Below the pieces are notes generated by a model. That model saw only the letters and a list, made by a program, of their open reading frames with translations, did no database searches and had not been told where the DNA came from. DNA of 64,000 nucleotides, taken from the NCBI GenBank assembly GCA_021740645.1, contig JAIOZL010000022.1, positions 2,806-66,805 of the forward strand, in the 5' to 3' direction. The stretch's first letter is position 1. Every line of letters starts with the position of its first letter. Below, piece after piece: positions 1 to 8,943 of the stretch. Source of the DNA: Bacteroidales bacterium (lineage in GTDB: Bacteria; Bacteroidota; Bacteroidia; Bacteroidales; JAADJA01). Made by a program: the position numbers and the translations under genes.

Positions 1-2
1 TC

Positions 3-641
3 ATTGCAGGCTTATTTGAATGGCCGGTTATGGCTTTTATGGGCGTTACTCTGGGACTTCTAGCGCGGGTTGCTTTTGAGAATGGTTTAATAGATCAATG
101 GGCAGGTTTAACTATCAATTACATTGATCCCGAAAAAGGAATCCCCGTACTCCTTGTGCAGGCACTACCAGTTGGATTGCTGGGAATCATGCTTTCTGCC
201 TATTTTTCAGCAATTATGTCCACTGCAGATAGCTGTTTGATGGCAGCGTCAGGCAATGTATTGACAGATATTTTCGACAAGTTAAATTTTAAAAAAAGAA
301 AGCAGAGTAAAAGTATATTATATTCCCAAATAATCACTCTGATACTGGGGGCTTTGGCCTTAATTCTCGCTTTAAAAATGAGCAATGTATTAGAACTAAT
401 GCTGTATTCATATGCTTTTATGGTTTCCGGGCTGTTTGTCCCCGTACTAGGTGCACTTTTTCTAAAAAAGCCTCATCCTGCAGCAGCCATTGCTGCAATG
501 ATATCAGGAGGCACAACAACGATAATTTTAATAATTACTAAGCCGAAATTACCTTATGATCTTGATCCAAATGTCTTTGGAATTTTATTGTCATTCATGC
601 TTTTTTTTACTATTAATTCAATAATTAACACTAATAAATAA
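3..641 (+). CDS. Sodium:solute symporter family transporter, C-terminal fragment (5' end lies outside the window)
   Basis: Frame is open from base 3. Several hydrophobic TM segments typical of the SSF C-terminal half. TAA stop at 639-641, 1 nt before the next gene. Confidence 0.6.
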   Translation: MAGLFEWPVMAFMGVTLGLLARVAFENGLIDQWAGLTINYIDPEKGIPVLLVQALPVGLLGIMLSAYFSAIMSTADSCLMAASGNVLTDIFDKLNFKKRKQSKSILYSQIITLILGALALILALKMSNVLELMLYSYAFMVSGLFVPVLGALFLKKPHPAAAIAAMISGGTTTIILIITKPKLPYDLDPNVFGILLSFMLFFTINSIINTNK

Positions 642-642
642 A

Positions 643-1083
643 ATGAAAATACACACTTATTATTCAATTGATACAGTTTCAACACTGGAAAAAAAGGAAA
701 TAATTGATTTCCTGTTTAATCACCTGGATGAATTTGGAGACAAATGGGAAGACATTGAGCGAGCCGTGAATTATGCTGTAAACCCAAATCCTGCATTTGG
801 GGGTTTTGTATTATACATTAGGGAGAATGATCAAATTATAGGATCAGTGGTTATGAATAAAACACGCATGCAAGGATATGTACCAGAAAACATACTTGTA
901 TATATTGCTGTTCATAAAAGTTATAGAGGGAAAGGAATAGGCGCAAAACTAATGCAAAAGGCCATTAACCTGGCAAAGGGGAGCATTGCTTTACATGTTG
1001 AGAGCAATAATCCTGCACGTTTTTTATATGAAAAAGTAGGGTTTAAAAATCCTTACCTGGAAATGCGTTACTATAAGAATTAA
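643..1083 (+). CDS. GNAT family N-acetyltransferase
   Basis: 146 aa with the acetyl-CoA binding signature RGKGIGAKLMQKAI (R/Q-x-x-G-x-G/A) and a C-terminal FYEKVGF-type motif. Confidence 0.75.
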   Translation: MKIHTYYSIDTVSTLEKKEIIDFLFNHLDEFGDKWEDIERAVNYAVNPNPAFGGFVLYIRENDQIIGSVVMNKTRMQGYVPENILVYIAVHKSYRGKGIGAKLMQKAINLAKGSIALHVESNNPARFLYEKVGFKNPYLEMRYYKN

Positions 1084-1125
1084 TAACTACTTCAATTTTA
1101 AAAGTTATTGCACAAATAAATTCCA

Positions 1126-2256
1126 ATGAATATCGATTTAGATAAACATATAAGTCTTCGGAGACTATTGCATAAACATCCTGAACTATCTGATTTTGAA
1201 GATAAAACTGCTCAAATAATCTTTGAAAACATAACGCCATATAGCCCTGATAAAATAATTAATAATATTGGAGGAAAGGGTTTTGCCGTAATCTTTAAAG
1301 GAAAAGTTAATGGGCCCAAAATTATGTTTCGATGCGAACTTGATGCTTTACCTATTGAGGAGATTAACAATTTCGAATATCGTTCAATTAAAACCGGAAT
1401 ATCTCATAAGTGTGGCCATGATGGTCATATGGCTGTTCTTGTCGGACTTGCTGAACAACTTCATTGTCAGCCTCCTGTTTCAGGACAGGTAACCTTATTA
1501 TTTCAACCATCCGAAGAAACCGGTCAAGGAGCAATAAGAGTTATCAACGATCCAAATTTTAATCAAATAAAGCCAGATCATGTGTTTGCATTCCATAATA
1601 TACCTGGATTTGAAAAACATAAAATAATTCTAAGAAAAGGAATTTTTTCCGCAGCATCAGTTGGGCTAATCATTCGGTTTATTGGGAAAACTTCCCATGC
1701 TGCTGAACCCGAAAATGGAATAAATCCTGCTTTTGCCCTGGCAGCTATTATAAAAAAAATTGAAAGATATTCTCAAGTCCGGGGTAGGTTAAAAATTGTA
1801 ACACCAGTATTTATAAAACTGGGTGAACGCGCATTTGGGACAAGTCCGGGATTCTCCGAAATAATGCTTACCTTACGAACAAGTTATAAGTCTGATCTCA
1901 ATGCACTTAAAAAAAGCATACTTGGAGTCGTTCACCAGGTCGCCCTTAAGCACAAATTAAAGGTAGAATCTGAATGGGTTGAAGAATTCCCAAATACGGT
2001 AAATGATTCTGGAAGTTACGAAATAGTAAACGAAGCTGCTAAAAAAGCAGGATTAGATGTTGAAAACCCAGCTCAGCCCTTTAGATGGTCAGAAGATTTT
2101 GGCCACTTCCAAACCCTATCAAAAGGTGCTTTTTTTGGAATAGGTGCAGGGAAAGACACACCAGCCTTACACAATCCGGATTACGACTTTCCCGATGATC
2201 TGATTGAAACAGGAATCAAAATCTTAACTAATATTTACCAGGATATTTTAAAATAA
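1126..2256 (+). CDS. M20 family amidohydrolase (N-acyl-amino-acid/peptide amidohydrolase type)
   Basis: 376 aa. Metal-ligand block HKCGHDGHMAVLVGLA and QPSEE motif typical of M20D amidohydrolases. Confidence 0.8.
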   Translation: MNIDLDKHISLRRLLHKHPELSDFEDKTAQIIFENITPYSPDKIINNIGGKGFAVIFKGKVNGPKIMFRCELDALPIEEINNFEYRSIKTGISHKCGHDGHMAVLVGLAEQLHCQPPVSGQVTLLFQPSEETGQGAIRVINDPNFNQIKPDHVFAFHNIPGFEKHKIILRKGIFSAASVGLIIRFIGKTSHAAEPENGINPAFALAAIIKKIERYSQVRGRLKIVTPVFIKLGERAFGTSPGFSEIMLTLRTSYKSDLNALKKSILGVVHQVALKHKLKVESEWVEEFPNTVNDSGSYEIVNEAAKKAGLDVENPAQPFRWSEDFGHFQTLSKGAFFGIGAGKDTPALHNPDYDFPDDLIETGIKILTNIYQDILK

Positions 2257-3407
2257 TGCAAAGTGCAACCATAATAGAACTTAGTCAGTCGGCCATTGAA
2301 TATAACTTGAAATTTATTCAAGTGCAGATGGGAGATAAAATAATCATATCTTCTGTTGTAAAAGGAAATGCATATGGTCATGGTATTGAGGAAATTGTAC
2401 CAATTATTGAGGAATGTGGGGGAAATCATTTTTCAGTTTTTAGTGCAGATGAAGCTTACCGGGTATTCCATGCAACACGAGGCAAGAATACTATTTTAAT
2501 TTTAGGCTTCATTCCTGATAATGGATTTGAATGGGTGATCAAAAATGATATTGAATTTTATATTTCGAATCTATATAGAGCCCGGAAAGTCTTGGAAGAG
2601 GCAAAAAAAACAGGCAAAAAGGCAATAGTACACCTCGACATTGAAACGGGGATGAACAGAACAGGTTTAAATGATAAGGACCTAATGGAAGTTGTAAGCC
2701 TAATTCAAAATAATACCGATCAATTTTATGTTAGAGGAGTATGTACTCACTTTGCCGGAGCAGAAAGCATCTCTAATTTTGTAAGGCTTAAAAATCAAGA
2801 TCAACGCTTTAGGGAAATTGTAAGTTTATTGAAGGGGAAAGGTATTGTTCCTGATATCCTTCATGCTGCTTGTTCTGCCTCAGCAATGGTATATCCTGAA
2901 ACCAGGTATGATATGGTTAGAATTGGAATTATGCAATATGGGTTTTGGCCAAGTAAGGAAACATTTATTCACTATATACATAATAAAACCGACAAATCTG
3001 ATCCCTTAAGAAGAGCTTTACGCTGGAAAAGTAAAGTAATGGAAGTAAAAAGTGTCTGTCAGGGAGAGTTCATAGGTTACGGAAACTATTACCAGGCCTA
3101 TAATAATATTAAAATAGCCATTATCCCGGTTGGGTATTATAATGGATACAGTCGGTCGCTCAGTAACCAGGGTAAAGTTCTCATTAATAACCAGCGCGTT
3201 AGCATAATTGGTATGGTGAACATGAATATGATTATAGCAAATATTAGTAAATTACCAAATGTAAAGCCAGGAGATGAAGTTGTAATGATAGGTAAACAAG
3301 GAAAATATCAACTATCAGTGGCCTCATTCAGTGAATTAAGTAATCAGGTTAACTATGAACTTTTAACCCGCTTACCACAAGATATCAATAGAATTAAAAC
3401 AAAATAA
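2256..3407 (+). CDS. alr: Alanine racemase
   Basis: 383 aa. PLP-lysine motif VVKGNAYGHG. Start overlaps the upstream stop (TAATG). Confidence 0.85.
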   Translation: MQSATIIELSQSAIEYNLKFIQVQMGDKIIISSVVKGNAYGHGIEEIVPIIEECGGNHFSVFSADEAYRVFHATRGKNTILILGFIPDNGFEWVIKNDIEFYISNLYRARKVLEEAKKTGKKAIVHLDIETGMNRTGLNDKDLMEVVSLIQNNTDQFYVRGVCTHFAGAESISNFVRLKNQDQRFREIVSLLKGKGIVPDILHAACSASAMVYPETRYDMVRIGIMQYGFWPSKETFIHYIHNKTDKSDPLRRALRWKSKVMEVKSVCQGEFIGYGNYYQAYNNIKIAIIPVGYYNGYSRSLSNQGKVLINNQRVSIIGMVNMNMIIANISKLPNVKPGDEVVMIGKQGKYQLSVASFSELSNQVNYELLTRLPQDINRIKTK

Positions 3408-3408
3408 A

Positions 3409-4479
3409 ATGGCTTTTATTGAATTAGATAAGACAAAGCTTCAGCACAACTTTAAGTATTTAAATAATCTTTTCACCCAAAATAATATTCAATGGGGAGT
3501 TGTAAGTAAATTATTATGTGGCAACAGGGAGTACCTTAAGCTACTGCTAAGTTTAGGCATAAATGAAGTTCATGATTCAAGGATCAGCAACCTAAAAGCC
3601 ATAAAAAAAATAGAACCAAATGTACAGACAATTTACATTAAACCACCTCCAAAACGCAGTATTAGCAGTCTGGTAAAATATGCTGATGTGAGTTTGAATA
3701 CTGAATATGATACGATTAAACTAATATCGATTGAAGCTGGCAGACAGAAAAAAATCCACAAGATCATTATTATGATTGAGATGGGTGATTTACGCGAAGG
3801 AGTGATGGGCGATCAGTTGATTGATTTTTATTCCAGTATCTTTAAACTACCTAATATTGTTGTAATAGGCCTTGGAACAAATTTAAATTGTCTAAATGGC
3901 GTTATGCCTAACCAGGATAAGATGGTACAACTTAGCCTATACAAACAATTAATAGAAGCTAAGTTTAACAAAAAAATACCATGGATATCCGGAGGTTCAT
4001 CAGTTACAATTCCAATGATTTATAAAAAACTAATACCTAAAGGTATTAACCATTTTCGGATTGGGGAAACACTATTTTTCGGAAACAACCTAATTGATGG
4101 CAAACCCATTAAAGGAATGAAAACCGATGTATTTACGCTTTATGCAGAAGTAATAGAGTTAACAGAGAAACCCAGGATTCCTATAGGAGAAATTGGCACC
4201 AATGTAGTGGGAGAATCACCAGAGTTTAATGACAAAGAATATGGTAAAACCTCATTTCGTGCTATTCTGGATATTGGACTACTCGACATAGATATAAAAA
4301 ATATTATCCCGATTAAACGAAATTATAAGTTTATGGGAGCCAGTTCAGATATGATCATACTTGATATTGGGAAAAATTCAGGTAAAATGAAAAATGGTGA
4401 CCTTGTGCCATTTAGAGTGAATTATATGGGTGCATTGAGCGTATTGAATTCAGATTATATTGATAAAAAAATAGTTTAA
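3409..4479 (+). CDS. Second alanine-racemase-fold PLP enzyme (predicted amino-acid racemase, ornithine racemase/YhfX-like)
   Basis: 356 aa. N-terminal TIM-barrel with candidate PLP lysine in WGVVSKLLCGN. Starts 1 nt after the alr stop. Confidence 0.6.
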   Translation: MAFIELDKTKLQHNFKYLNNLFTQNNIQWGVVSKLLCGNREYLKLLLSLGINEVHDSRISNLKAIKKIEPNVQTIYIKPPPKRSISSLVKYADVSLNTEYDTIKLISIEAGRQKKIHKIIIMIEMGDLREGVMGDQLIDFYSSIFKLPNIVVIGLGTNLNCLNGVMPNQDKMVQLSLYKQLIEAKFNKKIPWISGGSSVTIPMIYKKLIPKGINHFRIGETLFFGNNLIDGKPIKGMKTDVFTLYAEVIELTEKPRIPIGEIGTNVVGESPEFNDKEYGKTSFRAILDIGLLDIDIKNIIPIKRNYKFMGASSDMIILDIGKNSGKMKNGDLVPFRVNYMGALSVLNSDYIDKKIV

Positions 4480-4598
4480 TAATGTCTTTCAACGAATTTT
4501 ACTTTACAAGTTTGATTTATACCTAAGAAAAATATTTATCCGGAAAATAATCAACCAATAAAAGAGTTAATCATTAAAACAAAGTTTAAAATTGATTT

Positions 4599-4814
4599 AT
4601 GTTAAAAAAAACAATAAAATATTTTCAACATCCCATAAAGAAGGAAATTTTAGAAGTGCTAAAAAATGAAAAGGGTGCATTTTACGGAGACATTGTAATG
4701 GAACTTAATTACCCTAAATATCGGGTTCTTAAACATTTAATGAAATTGAAAAATAGTGGAGAAGTATTTAAAGATGATGATGGGGGTAAATTTTATTTGA
4801 ATACCATCAAATAA
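4599..4814 (+). CDS. Small hypothetical protein, possibly winged-helix
   Basis: 71-aa ORF with a helix-rich, basic composition. No recognisable family motif. Confidence 0.3.
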   Translation: MLKKTIKYFQHPIKKEILEVLKNEKGAFYGDIVMELNYPKYRVLKHLMKLKNSGEVFKDDDGGKFYLNTIK

Positions 4815-4885
4815 TAAATTGTAAAAATTAATTAATTGGTATAGCTTATTGTAATAAAAAAATAAATCTGATTGTATATGATAGT

Positions 4886-5584
4886 CTATAATCCCAATAA
4901 AATAGCGATCCCACTTAACAATACGATGGCTCCAGCCAAAGCATGAGTATATCTTTCAAGTTTACCCAATTTTACAAAATTAAACCCAAAAGTGGCCGTT
5001 AAAACAATTGCTAACATGGTGGCAATGGTAACTATTGAAAATATTACGGCAATAAAAATCATTCCAATGGTACTTGTTTCGGCTGCCGGATACATTAATA
5101 TTGGAATCAGGGGTTCACATGGGCCTAAAACAAAAATGGTAAATAATATCCAGGGGGTAATATTGGTTTTATGTACATGATCATGCTCACTGGCATGGGT
5201 ATGCTCATGAACATGCAGTGTACCATCCCCATGAATATGCCTATGCTTATGGGGTTTATTGAGGATGGCCCTGCGTAATCCCCAAATAAAATAAACAAGC
5301 CCGAAAATTACAAATGCCCATGCTGCAAGGTCTCCCCTCATCCCTTCAAATGCTTCAAGCTTAAATAAAGCAATGCCAAATATATACCCAATCACCCCAA
5401 GGAATACGGAGCTGCCAACGTGCCCTATTCCACATGCAATGGTGATCCAGGTGGTTTTGAATATCGACCATTTTCGGGCCTTTGACATAAAAATAAAAGG
5501 TAAATAATGATCCGGTCCCAGCAAGGTGTGAAAAAACCCTATACTTGCTGCTGTTGCTGATAAAACTAGAATTTCGTCTGACAT
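4886..5584 (-). CDS. RcnA/NicO-like nickel/cobalt membrane transporter with a His-rich loop
   Basis: 232 aa, about 6 TM segments. Central loop HKHRHIHGDGTLHVHEHTHASEHDHVHK. FHTLLGPDH and GPCEPLIP motifs resemble RcnA LHGLEPGH and LIPCP. Lies 42 nt downstream of the TonB receptor. Confidence 0.6.
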   Translation of the reverse strand: MSDEILVLSATAASIGFFHTLLGPDHYLPFIFMSKARKWSIFKTTWITIACGIGHVGSSVFLGVIGYIFGIALFKLEAFEGMRGDLAAWAFVIFGLVYFIWGLRRAILNKPHKHRHIHGDGTLHVHEHTHASEHDHVHKTNITPWILFTIFVLGPCEPLIPILMYPAAETSTIGMIFIAVIFSIVTIATMLAIVLTATFGFNFVKLGKLERYTHALAGAIVLLSGIAILLGL

Positions 5585-5626
5585 GTATGTAGATTATATG
5601 TGTTTACTTTATTATCTTTCCGCATA

Positions 5627-8008
5627 TTAGAATTTTAAACTAATTCCAAGCTGCAAATTCCTGGGATTTCCTGGAGTAAAGTGAATCTCAGAAACTGCTT
5701 CATTTTCCCAGGGTAACCTGCTTTCTGTATCAAATTGGGCTTCGTTCCATTTCGCATTAAAAATATTTTCAAGGGTGACTGAAAATGTTAGTGATTTCCA
5801 ATTATATGAAGCACCTGCATTAAGCAAGGAATAACCTCTGGCAATAACAGAATTTGTTTCATTCGCTGGCCGATCGTCAACATATATATACCTTAGTGAG
5901 GCGTTGAAACCGTTATAATTGATTAGACTTATCCCGCCAGAAGAAGTAAATCCGGGGGCAAGTGGAATATTATTCTCTCCTACGGGTAAGTTAAGAATTT
6001 TACCTTCTGACAAACAAATATCAACATCTAACCATAACCAAGAATTATATTTAAGCCTTCCTTCCATGTCAATACCAATTCTTTGTGTAGGATCACTTAG
6101 TTCGGAATAACCTCCATCACCCACAAATACAAACTCCCTTTCAAGATGAAGATACCATGCAGCCATCCCAATATCCAGTCGATTTAAAAATCTAAACCTT
6201 GCCCCTGCTTCAACACCAATAGCTTTAGGCAGGTTAATTGCATTTTTAATTCCAGGATCAAAGTTTAAAGATGCTAACCTTTCATCAATCTCCTGATCAC
6301 TTGCTCCTTCGCCAGCCCAGATATGCTCAAGTTCACTGGCCTTCTTTGCAAAAATTATATTTCTTGCATCGTTTGAATGAAATCCTATACCTGAATTAAA
6401 AAAAAGCTCGATCGTCCTGTTTGGACTATATACAGCACTGAATTTCGGGCTAATTAAATGCTGCTGGTTGAAGCCGGAAGCATGTGGCAGGCCTGTTCCA
6501 ATGGTATCCAACGAAGAGGCAAGGTGGTCATTTACATCAAATGTGAAATAATCCATCCTTAAACCTCCCATAAGTCTCAATTTGGAGCTAAATACGAATT
6601 CTTCCTGGATATATATAAACAAATTCCTTTCAGCAACACTAACATCAGAAAATTCAGTCTTACGAATTCTTTTGGGGCTATGCCATAATGAAACATTAAT
6701 ATTATCTGCACGGTAACCTCCCCCCATGGTTGTTTTATAAATTATATCGGCAGGTTTTCGTATTATACTATAATTTGTATTCAGACCATGTATCTGTCTT
6801 GCTTCCAATTGTTCGATCATATCCCCATTTACCGGATCATTCAGGAAAAAAGTAAAGTTGGAGAATAATTTAAAATAACAATCGGAATAATAAGCCTGTA
6901 TAGCAAGTTTATTGTTGTATTCATCCCTTCTGTCGAAAAGTAAGTTAAAGTTTGTCCTGCCGGTAATCCCCCCCTCCATGTCATCTATGGCCCCAAACCT
7001 CGAAATATAGCCCTGATCAATAGCCCTTTGGGGAATCTGTCCAGATGCATCCCAGGAAGAAGTAAAAGAACCCATCGAAAAGGTAAGTTTACTATTGTGG
7101 CCAAGTACTGTATAATATTTACCATACAAATTCATTCTACCCATTTTACCAGGTCGCTCAAAAGGCCCATCAGTTCTGTAATATTGACTTGCTATATAGG
7201 CATTTTGTTCGGCGCTTCCATTATCTAACTGGTATAACATTGTTGCTTTTAGGGAATTAAATCCACCAGCTTCTAATTTAATCAGGTTATCTTCAAGAAT
7301 TTCTTTGGTTTTAAACGAGACAGACCCTGCAGTAGCAAAATTTCCAAATTCAGCAAAATAGGGCCCTTTATACACATCAATTTCATCTACTAATTCCGGA
7401 ATTAAAAAATGAAGATCTGCATATCCATGGCCATGGGCATGAGTAACCATATTGACAGGAATCCCATCTACCGAAATATTAACATCAGTTCCGTGGTCAG
7501 CATCAAAACCTCTCAGAAAAATCTGTTCAGCCTTACCACCTCCGGCATGTTGGGCTGTAATTAGTCCCGGAACAAGTTTCAGAAGATCTTGAGATGATTT
7601 GTTAGGCCTGATTTCAAGATCAATTTTACGAATGTATTTATATGATGCAGCAGAATAGGCCCTTTCAGCCTGAACAGCATATGGATCGAGTTCGATGCTG
7701 GCTAATTCCATCTGAACATTAACTATGGTTGATTTATCCTCAAAAACATCCACATTGAGTTGTTGTGATTTGTAACCAATATAGGAAATAACAAGTGTAT
7801 AATTTCCCACATGCAGGTTCTTCAATTCAAACCTTCCGTCAAGATCAGTTGTGGTTCCTAACATTGTTTTGTCGATAAAAATGTTTGCTCCGATAATAGC
7901 TTCGCTTGATTCAATGTCAGTTACCTCCCCACTGATCGTTCCTATATTGTGCGCAAAAGCAAAAGTGCTTGTAATAAAACTAAAAAATGCCAGTAAAATC
8001 AACCTCAT
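5627..8008 (-). CDS. TonB-dependent outer-membrane receptor with N-terminal carboxypeptidase-regulatory-like domain
   Basis: 793 aa. Signal peptide, CarbopepD_reg-like start (GEVTD..IIGANI), plug region, and a C-terminal beta-barrel ending in an aromatic residue (..LGISLKF). Confidence 0.85.
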   Translation of the reverse strand: MRLILLAFFSFITSTFAFAHNIGTISGEVTDIESSEAIIGANIFIDKTMLGTTTDLDGRFELKNLHVGNYTLVISYIGYKSQQLNVDVFEDKSTIVNVQMELASIELDPYAVQAERAYSAASYKYIRKIDLEIRPNKSSQDLLKLVPGLITAQHAGGGKAEQIFLRGFDADHGTDVNISVDGIPVNMVTHAHGHGYADLHFLIPELVDEIDVYKGPYFAEFGNFATAGSVSFKTKEILEDNLIKLEAGGFNSLKATMLYQLDNGSAEQNAYIASQYYRTDGPFERPGKMGRMNLYGKYYTVLGHNSKLTFSMGSFTSSWDASGQIPQRAIDQGYISRFGAIDDMEGGITGRTNFNLLFDRRDEYNNKLAIQAYYSDCYFKLFSNFTFFLNDPVNGDMIEQLEARQIHGLNTNYSIIRKPADIIYKTTMGGGYRADNINVSLWHSPKRIRKTEFSDVSVAERNLFIYIQEEFVFSSKLRLMGGLRMDYFTFDVNDHLASSLDTIGTGLPHASGFNQQHLISPKFSAVYSPNRTIELFFNSGIGFHSNDARNIIFAKKASELEHIWAGEGASDQEIDERLASLNFDPGIKNAINLPKAIGVEAGARFRFLNRLDIGMAAWYLHLEREFVFVGDGGYSELSDPTQRIGIDMEGRLKYNSWLWLDVDICLSEGKILNLPVGENNIPLAPGFTSSGGISLINYNGFNASLRYIYVDDRPANETNSVIARGYSLLNAGASYNWKSLTFSVTLENIFNAKWNEAQFDTESRLPWENEAVSEIHFTPGNPRNLQLGISLKF

Positions 8009-8009
8009 G

Positions 8010-8036
8010 GTGTTACTAATATTTAATACGTGTTAC
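8010..8036. promoter_or_regulatory. Candidate NikR box: GTGTTAC-N13-GTGTTAC, 1 nt from the TonB receptor start codon
   Basis: Exact heptamer at 8010-8016 and again at 8030-8036, a 20-bp phasing. Start codon complement (CAT) at 8006-8008. Confidence 0.5.
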
Positions 8037-8053
8037 TATGTGTATAAAAAAAT

Positions 8054-8455
8054 TTACTTTTTCGCCGTCATTACCAACTCTCCGTGCTTAATGCCTTTTA
8101 TAGCAATTAGCTTATTGGCCAGGCTTATAAGTTCATTGGCATTGCCTTTTACCGCTATCGTCTCCAAACAATTATGATGATCCAGATGAACATGTTGCAC
8201 AGAAAGTATGAGGTGATGATAATTATGTTGAACGTCTGTCGACTTATTTTGCAATTCCTTTTTATGATGGTCGTAAACAAGTACAATCGCACCCGCTACT
8301 TCTTTATTATCATCCCATTCATCCTCCACAGAATATTTTTTAATCAGGTATCTAATTGCCTGTGAGCGATTAGGAAAACTTTGCTTTAGTACCAACCTGT
8401 CAAGCTCTTCAAGGCTTTCATTTTCGATGGATACCCCAAAACGTTTTACCTGCAT
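8054..8455 (-). CDS. nikR: Nickel-responsive transcriptional regulator NikR
   Basis: 133 aa. N-terminal ribbon-helix-helix (FGVSIENESLEELDRLV). C-terminal nickel-site motifs QHNYHH and HVHLDHHNCLE, matching E. coli HVHINHDDCLE. Confidence 0.85.
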   Translation of the reverse strand: MQVKRFGVSIENESLEELDRLVLKQSFPNRSQAIRYLIKKYSVEDEWDDNKEVAGAIVLVYDHHKKELQNKSTDVQHNYHHLILSVQHVHLDHHNCLETIAVKGNANELISLANKLIAIKGIKHGELVMTAKK

Positions 8456-8456
8456 T

Positions 8457-8483
8457 GTGTTACTTTTTATTATTTCGTGTCAC
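8457..8483. promoter_or_regulatory. Candidate NikR box: GTGTTAC-N13-GTGTCAC, 1 nt from the nikR start codon
   Basis: Heptamers at 8457-8463 and 8477-8483, with the same 13-nt spacing as the 8010 box. nikR start codon complement at 8453-8455. Confidence 0.5.
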
Positions 8484-8490
8484 AAAAGTA
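8483..8490 (-). promoter_or_regulatory. Candidate Bacteroidota -7 box (TACTTTTG) for nikR
   Basis: Minus-strand TACTTTTG matches TAnnTTTG. It overlaps the distal half-site of the 8457-8483 box by 1 nt. Confidence 0.4.
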
Positions 8491-8562
8491 TTTAAAAGAC
8501 TTATTCCAAAATCCAAAAAATGGTTATCGAGGGCAATTTATTTTCGTTTTAAATAAAAAAAA

Positions 8563-8590
8563 GTCCCGGGAAACCCCGGGACTTTATAAG
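8563..8590 (-). terminator. Rho-independent terminator downstream of csp
   Basis: GTCCCGGG / CCCGGGAC 8-bp GC stem with a 4-nt loop, followed on the minus strand by a T-run. Confidence 0.8.
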
Positions 8591-8612
8591 TCTTAAAAAA
8601 GCAATAATTCTC

Positions 8613-8804
8613 TTAGGCTAATTTTACTTCCACAGCATTAAGGCCTTTTTTACCTTCTTTAAGTTCAAAGGTTACTTCATCATTTTCTTGCACTTTATCT
8701 ATCAGACCGGAGATATGTACAAAGTATTCCTTTTTAGTTTCGTTGTCGATGATGAACCCATAACCTTTGGATTCATTAAAAAATTTAACTGTTCCGTTTT
8801 TCAT
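8613..8804 (-). CDS. Cold-shock protein (CspA family)
   Basis: 63 aa. GTVKFFNESKGYGFI (RNP1) and FVHISG (RNP2). Confidence 0.9.
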   Translation of the reverse strand: MKNGTVKFFNESKGYGFIIDNETKKEYFVHISGLIDKVQENDEVTFELKEGKKGLNAVEVKLA

Positions 8805-8907
8805 TGTAATAATAAATTAATATTGGATGCAAAATTGACCTTAATGTACAGTTGGGATACTGGTGATTTCAATCAATTGGACATCTTAAATTGAATAATT
8901 AACATCG

Positions 8908-8915
8908 CAAAAGTA
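8908..8915 (-). promoter_or_regulatory. Candidate -7 box (TACTTTTG) for csp, implying a 5' UTR of about 100 nt
   Basis: Plus-strand CAAAAGTA equals minus-strand TAnnTTTG. Long csp leaders are usual. Confidence 0.35.
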
Positions 8916-8943
8916 ATTAATTTTAATTAAATCAAAATATATT

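Noticed and set aside
5585-5607. A possible third NikR box upstream of the His-loop permease (GTATGTA ... GTGTTTAC).
   Set aside because: The half-sites are degenerate and the spacing is 8 nt plus an extra T, unlike the N13 architecture of the two clear boxes. The gene is probably co-transcribed with the receptor.
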